Assembly (NCBI GenBank): GCA_030265395.1
Contig: JARFYF010000007.1
Coordinates: 20,444,020 to 20,508,019, forward strand
Source: Rhina ancylostomus
Taxonomy: Eukaryota
Direction of reading: 5' to 3'
DNA length: 64,000 bases
Below, piece by piece: positions 13,240 through 24,801 of this stretch. Both the position numbers and the translations under genes were made by a program. Numbering within the stretch: position 1 is the first letter of the stretch; each line of letters begins with the position of its first letter. The notes below the pieces were generated by a model. That model was not told where the DNA came from. It was given only the letters and a program-made list of their open reading frames with translations, and ran no database searches.

Positions 13240-13430
13240 ACACAACATGGAAAATGCACCCAGTCCCTTCACCAGAACGTATAAAGCAAAATTTGTTGGC
13301 TCCAAATAAGGAGGTATTAGGATAGGTTACTGGAAACAAAGCTCTGTCTAAGGAAAGCCTTGAAATGGCTGGGAGAGATTAAGATGTAAAGAACAGAATT
13401 CAAAAGCTTTGCACCCAGACTATTGATGAT
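13240..13430 (-). mobile_element. L2 LINE 3' fragment, old
   Basis: aaagcaaaatttg...aaggaggtattaggataggttac...gaattcaaaagcttt is homologous to the L2 relic at 59020-59420. Confidence 0.45.
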
Positions 13431-13747
13431 AGAGCATTCCCATTTGCCAGTAAGCTTCACCCAATCCAGGGTTCAGATCATTTCTGGAGTGATGAGATTT
13501 GTAAACTTCCCCTCTCTCAAGCTATTAAATATCCTTAGTGGATTGTGATGGCACCATGTTAAGTTTCAGCCCAATTCCTACTGTCAAATCTCACAATATA
13601 GATTGTCCACAATTTGGTGCAATTTGTTTAATATGGGCTGAGAAGTCATGAGGAGATAAATGATAGAATGGAAATGTTTCACAGATGTAGTCANNNNNNN
13701 ATTTAAAGGAATCCTTTAGCCTAATTTATGTTTCTATTTTATGGGAA

Positions 13748-14207
13748 TGGTAGCCAAGTGGTTATGTTACTGGTCTGGTAATCCAGCAGCCTGAACAAAT
13801 GATTTGGAGCTATGATTTCAAATCCCACCACAGCAGCTGGGGAATTTAAATTCACTTAATTAAATGAATGGAATTAAAAAAAAAACTGCCTTCATGAAAA
13901 AATAGGATTGTATTGAAAACATACAGTATCTGCTTCAATTATGCATCTTTGGGGAAAAGAATGTGCTGTTCTTACCCAGTCTAGCCTTTTTGTGAGTCAG
14001 GGCCTGCAATAGTGTGTTTGATTTTTACCTGCCCTCTGAAATGACTGAAAAAACCACTTGATTGTGTCAGATTGTTCTCTTAAAACAAAATAAGAATAAC
14101 ACCAGACCTAGGCATCAGATTCAGGCATACTAAAGGCACACCCAGTCCAGTCAACACTGCAAAGTCCTCTTCATAGACATCTGAATAAACGTGCCTAAAT
14201 TGGGACA
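13748..14207 (+). mobile_element. tRNA-headed repeat continuing into the start of a LINE APE-endonuclease ORF
   Basis: Pol III A-box TAGCCAAGTGG is at 13751-13761 and a B-box-like gatttcaaatccc is at ~13814-13826. At ~14155-14208 the sequence reads HCKVLFIDI*INVPKLGQ, like an APE N-terminus (KVLLTNIWGLVPKLGE). Confidence 0.6.
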
Positions 14208-15250
14208 GTGGATTAGTTGACTAAAAGAGTGTTGGTTTAAATGGATCATTTTTGGATTGGCAATCAGTAAGAGCAGGGTTACCACAGGGATCCATCCTGG
14301 GCCTCAACTATTTACAATCTATATTAATGACCTGCATGAAGGTACTGAGTGTACAACAGATGCAAAGCAAGGTGGGTTATTGACGAGTTACAAAGGGTCT
14401 GCAAGGGGTTAAATGAATGGGCAAGAAGTTAGCAATTGGAGTATAATGTGGGAAAATGTGGGGTTATCCACATTGGAAGAAAGAATGAAAATAAAGCAAA
14501 TTATTTAAATGGAGTAACACTACAAACGTTGCTGTTCAAGGGGATCTGGGGGGGGGGGGGGGGGCGGTCCCAGTAAATTAAACTGTTAGAAAGCAGGTAA
14601 AGTAAGTAATTAAGAAGATTAATGGAATGCTGTCCTTTATTGCAAGGGGACTAGCACATAAAAATAGGGAATACTTGATGCAACTATACATGGTGCTTGT
14701 GGACTGCACCTGGAGCACTATTTACAATTTTGGTCTCTGTACTTAAGGAATGATATACTTGCACTGGAGTCAGTGCAGGGAAAGTTCACTTAGTTGATTT
14801 CTGGGACGTGGAGTTGACATACAAAGAGAAGTTGTGCAGGTTGGGCCTATGGAAGTTCAGAAGAATGAGAGGTGATCTGATTAAACATTATGATCCCCCA
14901 GGGGATTAACAGGGCGGATACTGAGNNNNNNNNNNNNNNNNNNNNNNNNNNNNNNNNNNNNNNNNNNNNNNNNNNNNNNNNNNNNNNNNNNNNNNNNNNN
15001 NNNNNNNNNNNNNNNNNNNNNNNNNNNNNNNNNNNNNNNNNNNNNNNNNNNNNNNNNNNNNNNNNNNNNNNNNNNNNNNNNNNNNNNNNNNAAGTTTACA
15101 GATATTTGAACTACAAAGGAATTAAAGGTATAAGAGATAGCGGGAAAGAGAAGTTGAGGCCAAGATTGGATCAAGCATCATTTTATTGAATGGCAGAGCA
15201 GGTTCGAGGGGCTGATTGGTTTTCTCCTGCTACTGTTATGTTTTTACTTT
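14208..15250 (+). mobile_element. CR1 LINE RT to 3' end, decayed
   Basis: gggttaccacagggatccatcctgggcctcaactatttacaatctatattaatgacc encodes GLPQGSILGPQLFTIYIND. The tail is ggcagagcaggttcgaggggctg...ctcctgctactgttatg. An N gap lies inside. Confidence 0.9.
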
Positions 15251-15299
15251 CTTACAGACAAGCTGCCCCAGAGACCAGTCAAGAAGCAGCCTTAGAAAA

Positions 15300-15645
15300 C
15301 AAATAAAACTGCAGATGCTGGAATCTGAAACAAAAGGAGAATTGCTGGAAGAACTCAGTCAGTCAAGCAGTATCTGTGGAAAGAGAAACCAGTCCCCATT
15401 TTGGGTTGGTGACCCTTCCTCAGAACTGGGGGAAGAGTGGAAGGGTCTCATTTTTCACAGAAGAGCTGGGGGGAGGAGTGAGGCACAAGATAAAAGGCTA
15501 CATGGGGTTCATTTAGGTCAGAAAGAAATGGGAAAAGTTGCTTGTTACAGCAACAGATGCTCTATATTGTCTGAGGAAGGGTCCCCTGACCTGAACTGTT
15601 AACACCGCTTTTTTGACAGATGTTGCTTAACTGGCTGAATCTGGT
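15300..15645. mobile_element. Inverted pair of Penelope pLTR fragments
   Basis: A minus copy lies at ~15300-15500 and a plus copy at ~15570-15645. Each has a ctgaggaagggtc hammerhead-like motif. Confidence 0.7.
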
Positions 15646-15759
15646 TTTGTTTCAAAAGGCAGCCTTACATAGATTTACTCACAGAATCATTCCTTTCAGC
15701 CTATGTCCCAGATTTCTCCATCAAGATCCCTGGGCATGTCCAGCCCTACCAGCAAGACA

Positions 15760-16095
15760 GACTCACCAGACCATGATCCCAGCCCTCCAAACTCACTGGA
15801 AGGATAAGCAAATCAATGTCTGTGTCCTCTTCCAGGCCATCATTCCCAACAATGAGGTCCTAGGTATGCTTCATAGGCTCCCTTGGATAAACCACATTGT
15901 TCCAGTGTCTGACGTCAGACTCCTAATAGAGACATTCTGTTCTGAGCACTGTCATAGGAAGAGGTTACTAGGCTATCAAAGGAAAAGTCCCAAGAATGTG
16001 CTCAAAGCCTTCTTGAATAAATGAAGTATCTCCACTGATGGCCAAAGGCCATGGCCAAAGGGTCAAAGGATCATTTGGAAAGGCACTGAGAATGT
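15760..16095 (+). mobile_element. RTE LINE C-terminal fragment
   Basis: LQTHWKDKQINVCVLFQAIIPNNEVL...LPWINHIVPVSDVRLLIETFCSEHCHRKRLLGYQRKSPKNVLKAFLNK is a decayed RTE motif (W.D..TN..VL...RW.GHV.RM...RLPK..LY.EL..GKR..G.Q). Confidence 0.8.
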
Positions 16096-16119
16096 CAAGT
16101 CTGTGTATCAGAAACACAC

Positions 16120-17527
16120 AGGATTCTGGAGATTTTCATGAAGGTTGAGGTATCAGGATACTTGAGAAGTATCAATGATACTAAACAAAGTGGATTTCTG
16201 GATGGGAAGTTGTGTTTGACTGACCTATCAGAGTGTTTGTGAGGATGTGACTGGTAGAATAGATGAGGAAAAAACAGTGGATGTGGTGTACGTTCAGAAA
16301 GCCTATGATGAAATCTCATTTTAAAGGTTAGTGGGTAATATTAAAGTGCATGATACTATGGGTAATGTATTAGCATAGATTGCAAACTGGTCAACAGACA
16401 GGAAACGGGGTGGGGATGATTGGGTCTATTCGTGTAATGCTGCATCTACCATGATTCCTCCCATTCACCCAATCTAAGTTGCCTTGAAGCATTTTTGCAT
16501 CCTCCTAATTCACAGTCCCATCCAGCTAAGTGTCATTGGTGAATTTTGTATGTGTGCCTGGAGTATGGCAGGGATCAGTGCTTGTACCTCAGCTATTCAT
16601 GGTATATACCATATCAATGATTTGGGTGAGGGAACAGAATGTAATATTTCAAAATTTGCCAATGACACAAAGGTGAGTGGGACTGTGAGTTGGAAGGAGG
16701 ATGAAGAGAGGCTTCAAGGTAACTAAGATTAAGTATGTGGGAAGAAAACCTGCAGATGCAATATTAGATGAAGTTATCCAATGTGTAAAAGAAAAAACAG
16801 TAGGGTGCCATATTATGTAAATGGTGTTAGTTTGGTAAATTCAAATTTTGGTGTTCTTATACACCAGTCGCTGAGAGCAAACATGCAGCTGGTAGCTGTT
16901 AAGATGGTAAAGAGTATATTGGCCTTCACAACAAGTAAATTGGAGAACAAGAGTAAGGATGTCTTGCTACTACAATGCAGGACCTTGATGAAACCATGGC
17001 TAGAGTACTGTGTGCAGTTTTGCTCTCCTTCTGTATGAAAATATGTGCGGGAGAGGGAGTGAGACAAATATCTGCCAGACTGATTCCTGGGACGATGGGA
17101 CTTCGTCTTTAATGAGAGATTAGGATTGCGTTCACAACAGTATATGTGGGGGGGAATCTAATTGAAACATATAAGATTCTAACAGGCAAGGCAGACTGGA
17201 TGTGAGAGGATATTCCCCTTGGCTGCGATGTCTACAACAAGAGATCACAGTCTCATGATACAAGGAAACCATTTCAGACTGAGTTGAGGAGAAACATCCT
17301 CACTCAGAGGTGGTGAGCCTGAGGAATTTGCTGGCCCAGGGGGCTGTGTAGGACAAGTTGCTGAATATATTTAAGGAGGTGGATACATTTCTAGATGCAA
17401 TAGGCATCAAGGGATATGGGGAGAGAAAGGGAAAATAGTATCATCATAAATGACTTCTCATGATTATGTTGGTGTGGCAACAGGCTCAAAGGGCAGAATA
17501 GCTTTTTCCTATTTCTGTTTCTATGTT
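16120..17527 (+). mobile_element. CR1 LINE RT to 3' end, decayed
   Basis: Motifs present are GFLDGKLCLTDLSECL...VDVVY, INDLGEGTECNISKFANDTK (decayed FADD) and LEYCVQFCSP, followed by a CR1 tail ending ttcctatttctgtttctatgtt. Confidence 0.9.
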
Positions 17528-17603
17528 ACAATGTTTTATTTATGTTATTTTTTGCTTGGTCAAATTAATCTTTAACAAGAGCCCAGCTGTTGCTTAGTAA
17601 GGT

Positions 17604-17815
17604 GGAGACACAAGAGATTCTGCAGATGCTGGAATCTGGAGCAACACACACAAAGTGCTGGAGAAACTCAGCAGGTCAGGCAGCATCTATGGAGGGAAAT
17701 AAGCAGTCAACATTTCTGGTTGAGACCCTTCATCAACCTGAAATGTTGACTGTTTACTTCTCTCCATAGATGCTGCCTGACCTGCTGAGTTCCTCCAGCA
17801 TTTTGTGTGTGTTGC
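17604..17815. mobile_element. Palindromic Penelope-pLTR-derived non-autonomous element
   Basis: Arms 17641-17721 and 17735-17815 are near-perfect reverse complements around a 13-nt spacer (gagacccttcatc). Both arms match the Penelope terminal repeat. Confidence 0.9.
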
Positions 17816-17984
17816 TTGGTAAGACCTCTTTATCTAGCAATGGCTGAATCCTGAATATGAATTAGTGTTTTATATACAGATTGTTGCAGATATCAGTCAC
17901 TGTAAGGGGAAGAAAGATCATAGATTATGGCTTTTAGTCTCATGGATCTTCATCTATGGAGATTAACTCAGTGCTGATTCAGGT

Positions 17985-18180
17985 CCAATCTTTTTCTTGA
18001 GCTGGTGCACTGCATCCATCACTCTCAGTGGATCACAATCTGAGCCAGAGATCCTGGCTCTTCCCAGGGTCTCACTCATCCTTCTGGCGGTCCAGGTGCA
18101 CCTAAAACTCTTGGCAGAGCCTGGATTGCTATATCGAAGCCCAGCTACCAATATAAATGTCAAGATGTTCCAGCTCCTAG
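17985..18180 (-). mobile_element. Possible Harbinger Myb/SANT ORF relic
   Basis: The minus strand reads RPWEE...WMQCTSSRKRLDL, weakly like W.EVA...TWMQCRKKFNDL. Confidence 0.3.
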
Positions 18181-20019
18181 TNNNNNNNNNNNNNNNNNNN
18201 NNNNNNNNNNNNNNNNNNNNNNNNNNNNNNNNNNNNNNNNNNNNNNNNNNNNNNNNNNNNNNNNNNNNNNNNNNNNNNNNNGATGTTCCAGCTCCTAGTG
18301 GTTTACTTGGCTGGTGCATAGCCAGTCACACGGTTGGCTGTTCACTGATTGGCAAGCAACTCTGTCTTTTCTATTAAATACTCTAACTGTTCACGTAATG
18401 GAAAACAGATTTCAATAGCTGTAGCTTTGCCATAACTTTTTAATAATCTAATGAACAAAAATCAATCCTAAAGCAGTTAGGTAAAACATTACACATGGAA
18501 CATGAACTAAGTGCAAACATAACTAATTCTTATTTACATTTATGAATGACTCACACAGACACATTGGCTTTACTGAAAGTGTGTTGCAAGAGATCTTTAC
18601 CATGCTGTTAATATAATAATCTACCATGGGGAACTACATGAAATTAAAGCATATGAAAAAAGATCAGAATATTCCATTTTCCTTGCACAATTTTGTCAAT
18701 TTATGCATGTAATGAAATTTGAAAGTAAACTAAATGAGGATTTATAAAATGACAATTATCACCATATTGTCAAATATAAATAGTTAGGCTCATGCATGAG
18801 ATAGTATACCGCATTTAACACTATGCCAACAAGTAGTTAATTTCTTTTAAGGAATAAATGCGTCCAGTGTAGCTATGATTGCTTTTGATTGATAGTTTAT
18901 GCATTTCCCTAAGATTGCTGACTGGTACAATGTGCTGTTGAGAAGACATGTGATGGGGGTAACAGGTAATTAGGTCACTGAAAGGATTATAACCTCCTGT
19001 AAGGGGGTTCTGGGAGTTGAATGTGAGGTAGAGGATTACAATCTAGGCTGGAAGCATTTTACTTTGAAATTCATTTTATCCAGCTAGCTGCTAAACCATG
19101 AATACAAAATTCTAGTTAGCATTTTGGACATTGATATTTTGTCAATATATTTACAGCATTTGGTTTCTTTTAACCTTATAATTCCACCGCACATACTACA
19201 AGCAGAGATGTGCAAAGTGCCCAAAGTGTGCCTGACTTCACATGGTTGAACATGTTTAAAATACTTGGCGAGTCTATTGAATGGAGCCACACTTATGCTG
19301 GCATGTGGTTAGATGAGTTTTTAATGTGTCATGCACATTGCTTTCTGGGGCAATGCGCCAGGTCCACCTGTTATAATTGAACTGGCACAGAACTACTCAT
19401 GTCAAAAGCTCCTTGGGTGGTCTCACTTAAAATGGAAAACTGAAATGGAGTTGGCTGCTGTACATTTGGAATGTGGTGTTTGTGAAGTACAAAGAGTTTA
19501 AGGAATTAAATCACATTGTGTTGGGATCCTTGTTCAGATCAAATATGTTCACTTCCATTTCCCCTCCAAGTTTGTGTTGGAAACATTGAAGGAAGACTAT
19601 TCTCACTAAGAAATGTCATCTGGCTGTTTTCATTACAGTACTGTTTCCAAGTTATTAATTAGTATTAGTGCTTCATTTAATGAAGAATATTTAAGAAAAT
19701 TCAGAAATGTGCAAAGTCCTGATTTGAGCATCTATCCTTTGTTCATTTCCTTTACTTGAGCCTTAGAATAACGTGTGCTCTGTGAATAGAGTATCAGTTT
19801 AACTGTACACTTAGCCTGGTTGTGTGCCAAAATCTGGGAATGAAATTTGCCATATGCATTGGTACACATTAGGGAATCAGTAGGGCTTTTGTATGTCTCT
19901 GAAGCTGGATTTGATCCTGTGAAATGCTGAAGCAGGTGAGGACAATACCAAATGCACTATGGCTGATGCCATAAAATTAAATACTTGAAACTTCAAGCAA
20001 AAAACATAGAAGGAGATGG

Positions 20020-20228
20020 TGTTTATTTTGCATATGCAACAAGTTATTATGAAGTGGAATGTATTACTTGAAAGAGTGGTGGAGGCAGAATTAATAGTAA
20101 CTTGCAAAAGTGAATTAGAAATATAGAAATCAATGAAAAAGTTGCTAGCAGGGCTAATGGGACTAAATGGATAGTTCTTTCAAAGAACTGGCATGGTCAT
20201 GATGCATGAAATCTGTCTCATGATTCTA
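20020..20228 (+). mobile_element. Old CR1 3' end
   Basis: gaagtggaatgtattacttgaaagagtggtggaggcagaattaatagtaacttgcaaaagtgaattag...tttcaaagaactggcatgg resembles a CR1 3' end. Confidence 0.7.
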
Positions 20229-22284
20229 CAAATCTGCATATTTTAAAAAAATATCCTTTTACATATTACAATTTGACATCTTCATAACTTTGAGAAAACA
20301 GCACATACATCCAAAGGCTTTCCATTTGAACCAAAACTGTGCTATTATTAAAAATATGCCCATCTTGAAAACTTAGATGCAAATCTGTTACAAAGTTCAC
20401 ATAATAATGACCCTAACATTGACTGTGTTTCAGAGAAACTGTGTTTTTAACCAGATAAGTCAATCTAATTTAGAAGCCATTTCATCTTGGTGGGTGATTT
20501 ATAATGTATTGGGCAGATATTTGGAGTTAAAACTGTAACTGGGAAACAGCTGCTTCTATAACTGTAGTCCTGTCATCACTTTGATCAACAAACATTTGTT
20601 TCCTGTTTTAATTTCATGTACTGTATGCCTCTGTTATTTTTGTATTCGCAGTTTTAGACTGCTGGGCAATTTACATCACTTTTTTTGCTGTAAGTGCCAT
20701 ATAGGGTCATTACAAGTAGAAACTAATAATAGCATCTACTTTGTATAGTAAGTCATCTAGAAATATGGTTGCAACACTTAGTTAAATTCAGCCTTTTTAG
20801 AGCAAATACTCTGAAAAATGATAAAGGAAAATATGGGCTTGCCAAAATACTATACAGAAGTTGATATTTATAGATACCATATCATAGGGTGATGTCTAAA
20901 TTCACACTGGAAGAGATTATTATCTAATTGAATTATTTGCTTTTTTTAACAAGGACAAAAGCCCTGCTTGTTCATTTGTTTAAGAACAAAGCTTTTGCAG
21001 CTAGATTTTGTTACTACCACAATGTTTATGCTCCCTCCCCTCTACTCCAACTGTCATTTGATCACATTACTAATACGAGTGTTTTCACAGTTTTCCAAGA
21101 AGACATTGATCTTTTTCAAAATGAGGCCATGTTAAAGCTGCATCTAAACATCTTCAAAGGTGATTTAATAGGGATTGTTATGTAATCCCTGTCTTTAAAA
21201 TTGTATCATATATTGTATAAAAAATGAAACCTTAAACTCTCACTCTATGGACACTGAGGATACTGAGCTAATATTATATCTTCAGTATCAATTGTCTCTT
21301 CATCAGATAGGAAGAACTGGAAGTTTAAGACTTAAACATGGAGAGTGCAATCCCAACGTGCTGTTGACCTGACCTTTTTCTTTTGGCAGTTGTCCCACAA
21401 AATGACCACACAACCTCTCTGACCCCAGCTTTTAAAAATGCTGTGAAAGTGAAACATCAAAATAACAAGAAAGGACAAAAAAAGAACATGTTGTGATACT
21501 CTGGAGACTATGCATTTTTGGCATCGAAAGAGATTTGCTCACGCTGAGAGAGAGATTTTTAACTCACAAAATTGATTTTGTGATTCTGTTGTCAGATATG
21601 GAAAATACCCAAATTTCCTTTCCAACATTTTTCAATGGTATTGATTTCCAATGGTGAGGTGAAATGGATATTATTCATAATGGGTAGCCCATCCATAACT
21701 CCATTGGCTGGCAAGCTCTTCTCTCAGGTGGCAGGTTAGAAATTTCTTCCAATATGTCATCTTTTCCCTTCAGTTTTCAGTCAGGTCCCTTCACATAAAA
21801 CTATGGATTGGTTTTTTAGTTATTCTCAAACTGATAAAGGCAGACCTGCATTCCATCCTTGGAGCAAATTGTAAAACTTCTTAAAGTTTATGATGTACTT
21901 TATCATGTGTTCAATAACATGATCTGTAATTGCATTAAAATACTTTCAAACAAAATTAACTGCTCTACCCTAAAGAACTTGATATGCCATAATACATTTT
22001 GCTTTTGTCCATGCATGAAATAAAGACAATCTTTCTGGTAGAATAATCTCAAATGGGTGCATAAAGATCATTTAGATAATATTCACTGTGCAATTTATGA
22101 TGCTAGGTATCAAGTCTAATGTTGATTTTTTTGTTGCTTTCTCTTCTCAGCCTGAGATCAACAGGCATAAATCATTACAGTATCCATTCTGTGTAATTAA
22201 AAGCTGTTCAGACAGAAACTCTTGTTTTTTTCTCAAACTGCCTTCGACAAAGCTATTAAGCAGCTTTATTCATCAACATCAGGT

Positions 22285-22375
22285 CCTTTGCCTCAGGGAT
22301 GATGCTTGACCCACTGATTTCCTCCAGCAGTTTGTTTTTTGCTCCAGACTACAGCACTTGCAGTCTCGTGTCTCT
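22285..22375 (+). mobile_element. Penelope pLTR 3' fragment
   Basis: gatgatgcttgacccactgatttcctccagcagtttgttttttgctccagactacagcacttgcagtctcgtgtctc is the reverse complement of the left arm of the element at 17604. Confidence 0.7.
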
Positions 22376-23399
22376 AAGAAAATAGTCATTCGTATTCTGT
22401 AGGTTATTTGAAAAGACAGCAAAATAAATGGGGAATCTTTCTCTTGAACTGACAGAGTAAGAGATCTGATAAATGTGCTCACAATTATTATTGTGTAGGT
22501 CAGTGAAATATTTCCATTGACCAGAGACTTAGTACCATTGCTGAGAATTTAATCCTATGAAGATGAGAGGCAAGAAGAGGAAGTTCAACTGCAGCAGGAG
22601 TCAAATACAAGTAGTTTAATTTCTCTTGTCTCCTGGTGCCTCTCCTTGTTCCTATTTTCCTACATAGATGAACTCCTCAGCCCTGGCAGCAACACGAAGG
22701 CTCCTCTGCATCTACATGCTTGCATTGGTACAATTGTTTCAGGCTCCCTCCCTGCCTGGCGGAGTTGTGCCATCAAAGCCAGCAATGTGAAGATGCAGGA
22801 GAAATTTGAGTCTTCATTAACTGGTGCATTGGCAAAAGCTGTTTATGTTGTTGCCTTGGCAACTATAAGGAAAGATCTTCATTGTAGCTAAATGTGTCTG
22901 TGTCAGCAAAGGGTTCCTTGATTGATTGATTGCCAGTAGGACAGCCTTCAGTGGCAGTAGTGCAATGCAATAATTTTCACAAGCTTTCATGGGGATATGG
23001 ATACTATAGCTTGGTAGTCATGATTATGGTTGTGATACTAGACTGGTCATTTAGAGCTCCTGAGTTCAGATCTTAGCATAGAGAGTTGGAAAATAAATTC
23101 TAGTTCTCTGGTAATTTCAATAATCTACTCAGTACTTATTAAAGTTGTTCAGACAAGAGAACTTGCAACATCTAACAAGAGACCAATCAAGTCAATGAAT
23201 TGTAACTCATGTTCATAAGAGAAATAATGAACTACTGAGAGAGAGGAACACGGGGCAACATCTTTCTCCTGGGACTGCTGCTCACTATTCTCTAGAGGTC
23301 ATTGGGAGTGGGACCTGGTATGTGGCCAGAGCAGATCCAGGAGCTCAGCCAGAGAGCTGGGGACTGGAGCATGTCTGGAAGGGAGTTCTGCTGTGGGTG

Positions 23400-23660
23400 G
23401 GAGGAGCATCATCTTCAAGAAAGGAGACAAATCTGACCATGCTAAGTACAAAATGGTCTCTCTGCAGTCTGTCNNNNNNNNNNTCATTGCCTGTTTTTTC
23501 TTTAACTGTCTCCTTCTATGAAGAGCTGCTCCTGAATCACAGTTTGGATCCTGTCCATCTCGAGGCATAGTGGCATAGGAACAGCACCGACCACTCTACG
23601 TGGCCTCTTACAACTTCACTCAAGCCTTTGACTGCCCAGCAAGAGCGCCTGTGCAATTCA
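23400..23660 (+). mobile_element. RTE LINE RT fragment
   Basis: IIFKKGDKSDHAKYKMVSLQSV and EELL(P)ESQFGSCPSRG are decayed forms of KKGD...NYRGISLLS and LPESQCGFR.SRG. Confidence 0.75.
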
Positions 23661-23724
23661 CCCTTCAAATTTAACTGCCCACAGAAATCATCTCCATTTT
23701 ATGTTTGCTTCAAGACAACATGTA

Positions 23725-23852
23725 AACAAATGTTTCAAGTCTGAGACCCTCCATGTTCTTCTGATGGAAGGTCTTGGACCTGAAATGTTAACTCTGTTTT
23801 TTCTTTTCAACAGATGCTGTCTGAGTTGCTGAGTAGTTCCAGCATTTTGTTT
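23725..23852. mobile_element. Penelope pLTR fragment with back-to-back hammerhead-like motifs
   Basis: A minus motif at 23729-23755 (catggagggtctcagacttgaaacatt) is followed by a plus motif at 23761-23793 (ctgatggaaggtcttggacctgaaatgttaact) and the pLTR 3' end. Confidence 0.7.
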
Positions 23853-24299
23853 AAAACAAAGCATTGCACTGGAGAGCACTGAAAGAGTTAACCAAAGTCC
23901 ATCTCCTTGAGAAGAATTCCACATTGCCTTCAAATGACATTACAGTTACCTGAATTTCCAGCAACATTCTGCCAATAAACAGTACAAGTAGCATTGGCAG
24001 CCCACCAATCTTACTCAAAGAGACACAGGCGCCAATTTTATTCATGTTTCTGGCTGACTTCCATTTTTGGCCCATTTTTGTCGTAAGATGTAATATTTCT
24101 CCTTCTTGCTTTAGTGTTGTGAAGCCAAGGGATCAATGCTTGGTTCACTTTGTTCTTGGTATATTTTGGTGATTTGGATTTAAATGTATTGAATATGATC
24201 TGGAAAATTGTTGATAAATCACAGATAGGGACGCTGGCAAAAATTGCTGAGGCATATAAAACATTTAAAGAACAAAGGGACTTGAAGTAGACTGGTCCA

Positions 24300-24403
24300 A
24301 AAGAAATCAGAACAGAAAATGTTGGAGATACTCAACGGGGCAGGCAGTGTCTGTGCAGAGAGAAACAGGATCCATGTTTTAACTTGATGACCTTTCGTCA
24401 GAG
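24300..24403 (-). mobile_element. Penelope pLTR 3' fragment with hammerhead-like motif
   Basis: The sequence is cagaaaatgttggagatactcaacggggcaggcagtgtctgtgcagagagaaacag. The minus strand reads ctgacgaaaggtcatcaagttaaaacatgg. Confidence 0.7.
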
Positions 24404-24506
24404 GTCCCATTGAGGTAATGTGGTTTGGGGTGAAAATTAATGAGAAGGAACATATACTCCAGGGAAAGATGCCAAAGGAACAACACAAAGACCTTGGGTT
24501 TAATTA

Positions 24507-24801
24507 CAGGGGTTTCCTGGGTTACAGGCAACCTCACATACGGAAATCTGACTTTCTGCAAATGATGCCATAAATTTTTAAAGAGGCCATAAATAATATT
24601 GAAATGTTTTGTGGTATTTATTAACAACTGGATACAGTATATGTTCCCTTAGTTTATTTATGGGAATGTTTTTATGTGAAGGTATTCAATGAAAAAAAAA
24701 TTGGAGGAAGTGTATGGAGGGAAATTGTTTGTTTCTGACTTATGGACAGTTTACGGACAGTTTTCAGGAACAGAACACTTACGTAACCCAGGAAATGCCT
24801 G
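24507..24801. mobile_element. Tc1/mariner-pogo (Tigger-like) MITE
   Basis: Terminal inverted repeats caggggtttcctgggttac and gtaacccaggaaatgcctg are flanked by a TA target-site duplication (24505-24506, 24802-24803). The element is inserted in CR1. Confidence 0.85.

Noticed and set aside
14548-14564. G17 homopolymer, a possible G-quadruplex
   Set aside because: It lies inside a dead CR1 at a short G run, so slippage or sequencing error is likely.
18164-18299. Direct repeat gatgttccagctcctagt on both sides of a gap, and likewise tgttatttgcct around 32713-32836
   Set aside because: Both flank 100-N placeholder gaps, which is typical of unmerged overlapping contig ends.
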